A stretch of DNA of 63,981 bases, the filler included. It is 4 parts of 4 records of this genome, joined end to end, with 100 filler letters (N's around TTAATTAATTAA, not from the genome) between each part and the next. Parts side by side here need not be neighbours in the genome. Positions count along the whole stretch, not along the records: positions 1 to 17,549 come from SRR20825019_2867; 3 more parts are not named here. One strand, 5' to 3'. This document shows positions 1 through 9,623 of the stretch, piece after piece. How positions within the stretch are numbered: the stretch's first letter is position 1; every line of letters starts with the position of its first letter. Below the pieces are notes generated by a model, which was given only the letters and a program-made list of their open reading frames with translations, made no database searches and was not told the DNA's origin. A program made the translations under genes and the position numbers.

Positions 1-200
1 CCCCCCCCCCCCCCCCCCCCCCCTCCCCAAGTCATCTTCCGCTTTGAGTACTTGTACTTTTCCTTTGCAGGTAAGACTGACTTATGGCTAAACACGGGAC
101 GGGGTGGCTGCTCCTTTGTTTGTTGAGTCTTTTGGTTGTTCGGCTTGTGCGAGGTATGTGCTCTTTTCTTCTGGTTATTGATGCTTATCGATACTATTAG

Positions 201-1086
201 GTGCCAACGACTATGACTGTTCTGTAAACAAGAACTGTTTGAGTTGTGTGCGCGACCCCGGGCACTCTGATGTCGATGATGGAGCAACAGAATGTCACTG
301 GTGTGTAACTAAACTGGAAGAGCCGTGGACGAACTTTGATGGAGAGTGCCGAAACGATCAGTGTTTTGGGATTAACGTCAGGACAAGGATTCATATCGCA
401 GATGAATGTCCCATATCATGTGAGCACGCGCGAACCTTGCAGTGATATTTCTGACTCAGCAATGACAGCTTGTTCACTGAATTCTAACTGTGAAGACTGT
501 CTTGACGATAGGCAGCCGTTTACTGATTGCCAGTGGTGCTTTGCCTCTGGAAAGGTGCTCTACATTTGCCCATTATTATCGCTGTGACTGACTCTCTGTT
601 CCATGTAGTGTGTTGATTGGTGGGGCTATGACGAAGAATCTACAGATGGGCCATGCTCTGACCCAAGGCCTGTTCGAGTCACATATGAAGACAACAGGAG
701 AAGATGCCCTCGTAAGAGTACTTCTAGTGCCTTAATGTGGCAGCAACTGACGCCTTCTTACAGCTAGGGGTCATCGCTTGAACGCAGAGATGTTGTTTGG
801 GGTATTAGGGTTGCTCACAATGATCTTGCTGTTCCCCTGCTACTTCTGCAGGTGGTGTCTTCAACCGTGCATTAGTTGCAATGACAGGGTAAGCACTTCT
901 TGTATCACCGCTACGTCATTCGCGATGCCCACCAATACACTGTCCCAGTGGCTATGGCTGTGGAAACGATCAATGTTTAAGGGCAAGGACGAATTTGGTC
1001 AGGGGGCCACATTTGCACAGCAGGAGAAGGTACTGGAGGTGATGCGGACGTCTAAGAAGGAGGCCGGGCGGTTTGAGGTGGACTAA
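201..1086 (+). CDS. PSI/plexin-repeat-like Cys-rich single-pass membrane protein (spliced, 5' end uncertain)
   Basis: Exons 201-419, 469-554, 609-711, 764-888 and 949-1086 join in frame across GT-AG introns (420-468, 555-608, 712-763, 889-948), several with CTGAC branch sites. Two CSxNxNCxxC...CxWC...C units are followed by a hydrophobic helix (MLFGVLGLLTMILLFPCYF) and a short tail. A possible further intron lies at 71-200. Confidence 0.7.
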
Positions 1087-1242
1087 ACTAACACAAATTG
1101 GGCTCTTGTACAAACGCAGAATTCAGGTTGTGTACAATCCGTTGTTTAATGGTAAAGTTTTTGTACATTGTGAAGCGTGATGTTGCGATGAATGTATCGT
1201 GTGGTTGTTTTGAGAGTGATTAGGGGCTCAATGTTCCCATGA

Positions 1243-3848
1243 TCACTCGCGTGGTGTAGCAAATCTAGATCTAGGGGACTTTCGCATAAGATCGTTCATT
1301 CCAACCTCGCCAGTTCCTCTATTCTTGGCATGGGGGTCTTGGGCCATGAGTGGAGCCTTAGCCATATCGAAGATTTTCTTAAGGCGGCGCTTATTTGAGT
1401 TCTCGGCATTGGTTACGATGAACGGGTCAGCATCCTTGGTGCATCCGGGTGGAATATAGTAGAATGGACCCCTGGGAATCTTGCGTACCTCGGTTTCCAC
1501 GAATTGTTCGTACTTCGTCTTGATTTTGGGATGTCCCCAACTGCGGCAGGCCAAATCAGCATACTCCTCCGCCATCTCATATACATGAGAGATGATAATA
1601 GTCCACATGAGCAGGTAGAAGAAAGTCAAAAAATATCCCCAATGATCACAAAATGTGCACATAGCAAGGATCGTGAACTTGACAAGATTCCCAAAGGCCT
1701 TGAGGCGCCTTCGGTATCGGCTTTCGCGCAATGCAATTCTGTCACTAAATACAAACGCCGGAGCCGTCACGAAACATTCGCCAAATTTGGCAAACATAAT
1801 TCCTCCCGGGAAAGCATGCCAAAAGAGCAGAGCCTGCCTTGATCTTGTGGTGCAGATTATCTCATGCTTATTATCCATATCGGTGTTGTCGTTGTCGAAA
1901 TTCTTACCCATCTCTGCGATACGGTGGGACGCTTCCTCCGATTCACCCCACATGCCCAGAGATAGCTTGATGATCATCCACAAGTTGTAGAAACACCGTA
2001 CTGGAAGGAAGAACGAGCTCTTCATCGTCAATGGCAACAACCAGCCGGCCGGGTCATGAAGGGCACAAAGATTGGACAACATGAACACCCCAAGAATCCA
2101 GATATAAGCTCCGAGCACCCGTGAAAACAGGAATATAAAGTTGTCGAACTGGTTGCAATAGCCATCCCAGGATATATGGAGCGTAAACGGCTTGTACTCC
2201 CAGGTGAAGAGTTCAAATGCACCATCCCGAATAAACACCATCAGTGATTGCAGAAGAAACCAGTAAATCCCCAATACAAATTTCGACCAGTTCCTCGCGA
2301 TGACTTTGGCTGCGCGACTCTTGTTTCTGCCCATTTGCAACATGCTCATTCCAGAGAGCAACATAAGGTCGGATCTGACAATAAGAACCACGCAGAGAAG
2401 AATGAGAGTATGCCAGCCTAAAAAGAAACAGCTACGCGAGCCGGGGCATTGGTACGCGTCCACCCACGAGAAGAAAAGACTCCATGCTCTACACGTGTAC
2501 CACAACATCAGCCATAATCCGCGACCCAAGTATGTCGTCATAAGAAATATGGCCTTTTCAGCCTGCCAAGCCCTCTGGTTGGCATTCCATCCAAACAGTT
2601 GTGACATGGCCATCAACATCCAGCAGAAGTTGACTGCCTGCTTGAATACTTCCAAGAAGAACCACACGAATGACATGATGCTGTGCATTACGAGGTGGCA
2701 CGTCAAAAGTGGGCATGGCGGCCGCCTGCGTTTGGGCGGTGGGAAGTAATATCGTCTAACGTTCAAGAGAGTATAACCTGCATTCTCAAAATCCTCTTTG
2801 CTGCGGAACTTTCGAACGTCTCGACTGGCACCAATTTCACCGTCTATGTGTATCCACATCGTGTGTTCACGAACACCAATTACTGTGGCCTCTCGCCCTC
2901 CATCCAAAGGCGTACGGATCTTTTCTCCAGGGCGAAACGCGAAGTCTTCGCAGTCCTGTCGCGAGACGCTGAACTCTTGAAACGTCATGTTCTTCTTGAC
3001 TAAATATAGCAACTTATCAGGGTAGAGACCCTTGTTCAAGATGGGGTCTTTGTTGGCTTTTTCGCGATTGAACTTCTTGGACACCTCATACAAGGGATGG
3101 CCTTCTTCCACTTTCATTTGCTCTGGATCGTGGAATTTGGGGATAGGGCCAATATGGAAGTTGCATTGCACGTTACCAGCAACCCATCGCCCAGTAATAC
3201 CTTTCCCTTCCCTCTCACGAGTCCCCTTGAAGTCAACTGCCTTTCCATTTGCATACTGTTGCTTCCATTCGGCCCTTAGCAAGACAGGCTTATAAGTTCC
3301 TACTATCTCGTACTTCCCGTACATGTCACTGCCTTCACCAGTAATCACGCCGTCCTCGGACCCTGGCTCCAAGTGAAACTCAAGGTTCACACTCATTGGC
3401 ACTCTCTGACCGAGTCGCGAATAATAACCCTGCCAAAGTCCACTCTCGAACAAGCCATCATCAGCAGATGACTGGATTCCACCATCCCCGCCGTTCCCTT
3501 CGGAGCTTCCTGGAACACCGCTACCCCCCTTAACCCAAGGTTCTGCCCCATTCTCCCCGCGGGCATGAAACCATAAACACCCATCCTTAACTCCAATAAC
3601 CGTCGCCTCTCTACTTCCATTCTTGCCAGGTACCTAAACCTTCAGTCAGCACTGCAGATGTAAGGAGTCCTAGATACACCAACCTGAATCTTGTCGCGTG
3701 GAAAGAATCCATGCGGCCCACAGACTACGTGAGATACATCAAACGCTGCCATAATCTCTGAGTCCTTGAGTTTGTAGAACATGCGCAAGAGCTGGGGTGG
3801 CGTTGCTGCCGCGGGGACATCATGCCGCTTTAGGTTGGCTTTCACCAT
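1243..3848 (-). CDS. uncharacterised polytopic membrane protein with two REATVIGV modules and a beta-barrel-like N-terminal domain
   Basis: ATG at 3848 and exon 3848-3684, then a 50-nt GT-AG intron (3683-3634) that splices in frame into the 736-aa ORF. The C-terminal half has many hydrophobic segments. Confidence 0.75.
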
Positions 3849-3859
3849 GGTGGGCACTG

Positions 3860-4840
3860 ACCCGTCCCCGCCCTGTTTTGGTTTCTTGCTGGCAAGTTTT
3901 GACTCTTAGCCATGGTGGACCCTTATTTACGTGCAGTGCATGAGACAGAATCGGCATGGCCGCCAATCGCGTCCATTGCGGGCACGTGCCAGCCTGATGA
4001 GAGCGTCCGTGACAGTGCCCGTGCCCCGCCGCCACTGGCCCCGCCAGGCCGGGGGCCGGGCGGCGAGGGACTGAATGGCATCACCTGGCCGGGCGATGGG
4101 CGACACACCGTATCGGGACGGGATCCCGGCCCGCCTCGGCGGCCTGAGCTCCGGGTCCCCGGGGGCCCGCGCCGCCGGCCCGGCCGCCGGCGCGTCGCCC
4201 GGCGGGCGGGGCGGCGCCGCGCCGCCGGGCTCGGCCCTCTCAGGTGGGGCGCCGGCAGCCCGGCGGGTCAGTGGCGCCTCGCGGCCGGGCGCCGCCGGTG
4301 GCCTGGCCGGCCGGCCCGGCTCATCACTGTCAGAGGGGCCTATCGCCTGCCCACTGATGAGCCTGCGGCTGGCGCGGCCGCGCCGCCTTGTTGCGGGGCC
4401 GGAGGGGCCGGCGGGACGAGAGCCAGTGGCGGGGACGGCGGCCCGGCCGGGCGCGGGCACGGCACTCCGCCGCCGGCAGTGAGCGTCCGCCAGTCCCGGC
4501 TACGGCTACACCGGAGCACGGCAGTTGAATCATAGTACAGTCCTTTAATTTGATCAAATATCGGATAGTAAATGTCCAGGCCAGACTGGTGGCTCCAAGT
4601 GGCCCAGCCCGAGTCGGCCGTCATCAGCAACGACCGCGCGCTGATGGGAGAGCAAACTTGTCCGGTCCGGGGCCGGGAGCCACCGGCCTGGGGCCCGGCC
4701 GCCGGACCGTCCCAGCTCGCGGTCCCGGTTACTCGACATGCGTGCGGCGTTGTGCGACTGCTCCGCTTCACACACACCCCGGGGCGCTTCGACAGTCACT
4801 GATATTTACTTCTAGTAACACGTTTGAAGGAGGGAGGTGG
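3860..4840. promoter_or_regulatory. GC/CpG-rich divergent intergenic island (putative bidirectional promoter)
   Basis: Lies between head-to-head ATGs at 3848(-) and 4849(+). Only 11 A/T in 120 nt at 4141-4260; AT-rich core at about 4525-4575. Confidence 0.55.
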
Positions 4841-4848
4841 ACGAGAAT

Positions 4849-5691
4849 ATGGCAAAGAAAAAGGCAAAGTCTCGATATATATCCTTTATAAATCGTTATA
4901 CCCTCAATGCTGTAGAAAAATTAGAGAAAAAAGTTTTGAAGAATCCACTTTATCCCTTTAAAAGAGCGAAACGCGGAGGTTTGTTACCATGGTTGGGGCT
5001 GTACTCTCTTCGGGTTAATAAGGATGCGTTTAGAGTTGAGGTTCACCACACGCTACAAGGAGATGTTCCTCTATGTTGCATTGTTTTCTGCTATGCTCGT
5101 TGCTTTCATTTTTACAGTCTCTGTATCAATCTCTGAGTTTCAGGTATAGCGTTTGTTGCAGTGACGATAGTCACTGATCCTTTCCCAGACGTTGTTTGTT
5201 TTGTCCACAATTGGTATGGTTGTTGGGGCCAGCGGTGCGTGCCGCTTTTGCCGGAGGCGTACATACGTGTTGCAGCACATGTCGGGAACATATCAGTTCT
5301 ATATTGGGAAGAAACTGGTTGTGGAAGGCCCTTTGCACAATATATACCTCAGAATCGGAAAGCGGTTCAGTAAGTCTTTCATATTGTTTGATGAGTGGTG
5401 CTCACGAAGCTTGTAGCAAATGTGGGCTTGCGATACTATGTTTTCATCAACTCGTATAAAGGGGACAAGATTGTCTTATCTGGTTCCACTGATAAGATTG
5501 ATGGACTAAGGCGAGTGGCCAGGATCATGGCCAAGAACCTTGATTTAAACTACTTCGATGAGTCCAATAACTCATCGGAACATCTTGTTGTCCATAACGT
5601 GAGTGTGGAATGCACCGAGTCGGCGTGTAGTTTGACAAGGCATATGCAGCGACCTGGTGTGGCAAGTCACTCCACAAACGTTCTGAAGTGA
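4849..5691 (+). CDS. TMEM249: TMEM249 / CatSper auxiliary subunit theta homologue (spliced)
   Basis: Exons 4849-4978, 5034-5143, 5189-5369, 5417-5598 and 5650-5691 join in frame. The product has KNPLYPF, two TM helices, RRRTYVLQHMSGTYQFYIGKKLVVEGPLHNIYLRI and ARIMAKNLDLNYFD..S.EHLVVH. These match, in order, the motifs I recall for animal TMEM249. Confidence 0.8.
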
Positions 5692-5907
5692 TTGACTCGA
5701 ATGGTGTGAATATCACTGTTTACTATTCTATTACTGCTACTAGATTGCTGCGCAGCGGTATACAATCTGGATCCGACCGCTGACCACGGCTGACCGGACC
5801 CCATTGCTCTAACAAAGCTAACTAATTCCTATAAAAATTCCCTGTTCGGGTAAAAATAGCGTCAAGGAAGTCCCTGTGCCAGGGAAGGTGTGTAACCGAG
5901 TTCACCT

Positions 5908-7269
5908 CTAACCGAACAATTTGAGTTCTCCGACAGCCTTATCGAGCACAGCTAGTTAGGCACTAAATTGCTACGCGCATAAGCCACTCTTACCTTCGCA
6001 AAGGGATAATCCCGGCCGTTGATGTACATAATGCCTTCTTTCAGGGTGGCTTTCCATGTATGATTCTTGTTTTTTGTGACCTTCTCGTATGTGCTCAGAA
6101 TGATATTCTCTGTTTCATGACCTTCCTCTTGCTCGTCCTCATCACTATCGTCCATATCATCGTCACTGTTAAGCTCTTCATCATTCGCACCTGGTTCGTC
6201 TTTCACCACAACCTGCTCAAACTCATCATCACTGCCCCCGCCATCGAGCTGTGTAATTTTCTTGCTCGCCTTACGGTCACTTGATTCTTCTTCTTCACGG
6301 GCACGCTTAAGCAGCATGCTTTGTACATGTTGGTCAGCAGCAAGGCGCTCACTGTCGGTCGCACTGTCTGAGTCTGCACCATCTCCCTGAGGAACGTTGC
6401 CCAAGCCACGTGCCTTGACCTGGCCCGCCATAGACCCATACATCGCGGGGTTCGTTCCTGACGTTCCCGGGGTTGAGCCCGCTGCAGAATGGCTCGGGCT
6501 TGGCGTAGCCCCATATGGGCTAGGAGGCACACCGCCACCGGCAGGGGATTGCTGATATGCCGGGGACGGTACCTGCGCATACACAGGCGAAGCGGGCACT
6601 TGGTTGTACGCAGGAGAAGGCGGGATTTGGCCATATGCTGGAGACGGTGGTACTTGGTTATATGCAGGCGACTGAGGCACCCCGTAGTTTGCGGGAGAAG
6701 GTGGGACGTTGCCATAATATGGGCTCGCTGGTACAGTACCAAACTGAGCACTGGGTTCCGGGGGAGCAACTTTGCAGTCGAAGTCAATAAGGTAAAGAAG
6801 CACTAACCTGGTACTCACTTTCTTCACCCCCTTCTGCCTTGGCAGGCTCGCCTTCTTCCGCCCCCTCGACAGGACCAAGCAGGTCGAAAACATTCATTTC
6901 GGCCAGCTTGGTCTCAGTCCTGGCGATGAGAATGTTCAACACACTCTCGTCAACACCCTCTTCTTCTAAGTCCTTTTTGCTATCAAGAGCAATCTAGAGA
7001 AGGGTCAATGAGAGAAGGAAGAATATGCTTCGATGCCATAAAAAACACGAAGCCCCCCCTTATGCGAGATAACTAGGCCAAAGCCTTCTTCTTTCAAAAT
7101 TAAAAAGTCTGCTCTCATGCCCAATCTTTGTAACAACAACAGATAATAGCCCTCCTCCCTACACCCAAGAAAATAACATATGCAAAGTCTACAGAAACTT
7201 ATCCTCGAAAGATAAAAATCTTACGTTATGGACGATCTCCCTGTAGAACTGGCTCACATCAGTTGACAT
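5908..7269 (-). CDS. GTF2A1: transcription initiation factor IIA large subunit (alpha/beta; TOA1/GTF2A1 family), spliced
   Basis: Exons 7269-7225, 6993-6819, 6769-5994 and 5937-5908. N-terminal YREIVHNIALDSKKDLEEEGVDESVL helix, a QLDG motif, acidic LNSDDD and C-terminal ENIILSTYEKVTKNKNHTWKATLKEGIMYINGRDYPFAKAVGEL. Confidence 0.9.
6492..6734 (-). repeat. coding tandem repeat, about 7 nonapeptide units VPxSPAYxQ (27-nt period) in the TFIIA linker
   Basis: VPASPYYGN VPPSPANYG VPQSPAYNQ VPPSPAYGQ IPPSPAYNQ VPASPVYAQ VPSPAYQQ, read directly from the ORF. Confidence 0.9.
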
Positions 7270-7599
7270 GGCAGCACGGTCTATAGGTTGGACTGTAAGA
7301 TCGGCGGACAATAGCACACTACATATTACGCACAAGAAATACAAGAGAATGGAAATGGAGTGAAGGACCGATACACCCGCCCAAAGAAGTAGTGACTCAA
7401 GCAGTCACTAAGCTCTTTGGAGTATGATGTGTTGAAGGCACCCTTGCAATCTGCTTTGCAACGCAGGTTGCTCTACTTAAAGGTTCGCTCGTAAAGGTGA
7501 AGTGCGGCTGATGTTTGGCAACGCCCAAACTCACGATGGAGGCGGCCATGTTGAGGTGACTGCTTGCGTCCACCATACCATAGCGAACCGCATCGTATC

Positions 7600-8400
7600 C
7601 GGACGGAGTGTGGTGTGGTTGTGGTGGTGGGCCGGCGAGTGGCCGGGCTTGGCGGGGAGAGGAACGGAAATCAGTACTTGGCCAAGCAAGATTTGGCCGG
7701 GGCGGCCGCGCCGCAGCCGGGCGAACGGAAGGCGGGTCTCGGAATGGAGGTAGCCTCACGGTTCACTCGGTGGGTGTCGACCCCTGGTGGCCTGGTGGTT
7801 TACAACTTGGTTACAAGCAAGCAACGTTCTTCTTCTGTTATATTGAGATACGCCATCAACCCTAACATCGGTATATAAAGATTACCAACCCTAACGTCCG
7901 GTATAAAGGGATTTAAAATGATAGTATCATGATAGCGTTACCCCATAGTCAGCACGACTAGCCGAAGCGCCGCTACCCCGACTCCCACCAGTCCACCGCC
8001 AACTTAAAGCCTTGGGTCGCCGGGCTTGTGCTTTCATGACGAGGAGCACCGCACGGCAAGGATCGCGGAGTGACGAGTGCGGCCGGGGCCGCACCGGGCA
8101 CCTCACTCAGGCCAGTGAGCGGGGGTGCAGCCGGGACTCGCAGCCGGGCCGCACCTGCAGGCCCCGCTTGGAAGGGCCCCGCAGTCGCTGATCCACACTG
8201 GGTGGGTACTCGGGCGTACCGCACGCAGCGCTTCGTTCCTGCTCCGACGCCCTCAGGGATGGCACACTCGTCAGGAGCCAGATGGTGATGGTACGGGTGT
8301 AGTAACTGTGAATGGCGACTATGGCGAGAGGGTTTTGTGTGAACTTGGGGGCGCCACGACTGCCCGCTCACTTGCTCACGTCAGGTTGATGGTGCTGAAA
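7600..8400. promoter_or_regulatory. GC-rich divergent intergenic island with AT-rich core (putative bidirectional promoter)
   Basis: Lies between TFIIA (-) and the OTU gene (+). GC-rich arms flank an AT-rich core at about 7800-7945 that contains TATA-like boxes. Confidence 0.5.
7857..7910 (+). repeat. 29-bp tandem duplication containing telo-box-like CAACCCTAAC plus a TATA-like box
   Basis: CAACCCTAACATCGGTATATAAAG at 7857 and CAACCCTAACGTCCGGTATAAAGG at 7886. Confidence 0.8.
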
Positions 8401-8528
8401 GGTGTTACTGACTGCACTTTCGACTGTCAAGTGCCGAACCGTGTCAAATAGAGCGCGGGGAGTTATCAAAGAAGAGTAAGGGTAGTCGCGTAGTCACTTC
8501 AAAGTTTGCAATCACGGCTATCACAAGT

Positions 8529-9520
8529 ATGTTGTCGGTCTTTAGCCGGCGGAAAAACAATGATATTCCAAGCAAAGTGCGCACCACTCCTGCTAGCAGG
8601 TCGTCGTCGAGAGTTGGTTCATATGCTTCCGCTAAGAGTAGTTATTCGACTCCCGTAAAATCGTCGTATACATCATATGGGAGTGCTTACGATGTCAGTG
8701 GACTGCGGCGTGAGGCCGCCCGGGCCACGTCTGTGCGGGACACCGGGTATGACAGGGGTACCTCACTTCATTCGTCGTCATACTCGAGGAGGAGTTCGTA
8801 CGATACCACCCCGTCATATACTTCAAAGTCCACTGCCGTAGAGAGCAGCGGCAAGCTCTGCTGCGATAAGTGTGATGGAAAGCACGCGACAGATTCGTGT
8901 CCATATTTTAAGAAGGCGAGGGAACAGCACCCTGATGCGCTCAGGAGGAAGCCTGTGGATATTGGTGGTGGTGGTGGAAACTATGTTCTCAGGTCCGCGC
9001 GCGTTGTGCGGCAACCCGGAGACGGGAGCTGTTTGTTCCATTCAATGGCGTACGGATTAGGGACAGTGAGTGCATCGTCGCTGAGGAGGGAAATCGCGGC
9101 CTTTATAGAGAGAAACGAGGATCTTGAAATCGCCGGTGATCCACTAAGAGACTGGGTCAAGTGGGACTCCGGTTGCAGCGCCCAAAGATGTACGTATCTT
9201 TGCAGGAATTGACTTAGCTTTGGTAGTTCTTACACACGTTTGATACTTGCAGATGCTCGGCGAATGAGTGTCAGCGGCTGGGGAGGGGGAATCGAAATGG
9301 CTGCTTGCGCAAGGTTGAAGGGGGTTAACATTCACGTATACGAACGGGGTATCGCGGGTTTCAAGAGAATATCTTGCTTCGATGTACCAAATGGGCGCAA
9401 GACAGTCCACGTTCTGTACTGCGGTGGGGTGCACTACGGTGAGTAACGATTCACTTTTTTTTAGGGTTGAAAAGATACTTAGATGTCATTGTATTTGCAG
9501 ACGCTCTTGTTCCATCTTAG
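8529..9520 (+). CDS. OTU-family deubiquitinase with CxxCxxxHxxxxC zinc-knuckle-like motif (spliced)
   Basis: Exons 8529-9189, 9253-9438 and 9501-9520. Catalytic motifs PGDGSCLFHS, WGGGIE and GVHYDAL; CDKCDGKHATDSC; Ser/Tyr-rich disordered N-terminus. Confidence 0.85.
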
Positions 9521-9623
9521 AAGAGCTATTTTGTCTTGAAAACCATGTGTTTTTCCATGTGCACGCGGTTTGTATTGTACATTAAATCAATAACACGACA
9601 TCTACGATACTTTATGGAAAATA

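Noticed and set aside
3994-4360. CTGATGA motifs as hammerhead ribozyme cores
   Set aside because: There is no downstream stem II-GAAA or cleavage triplet in the right geometry.
3912-4891. Long Pro/Arg/Gly/Ala-rich ORFs in the GC islands (also 7397-8451 and 16378-17605)
   Set aside because: They are open in many overlapping frames only because stop codons are rare at this GC level, and they show no domain motifs or splice pattern.
7485-7505. CCTTTAC on the - strand as a U5 snRNA loop
   Set aside because: It does not match the invariant GCCUUUUAC loop and no Sm site follows.
7857-7895. CAACCCTAAC as a telomerase RNA template or telomere
   Set aside because: There are only two isolated copies within a small duplication, with no array and no recognisable pseudoknot. 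Kept only as a possible promoter element.
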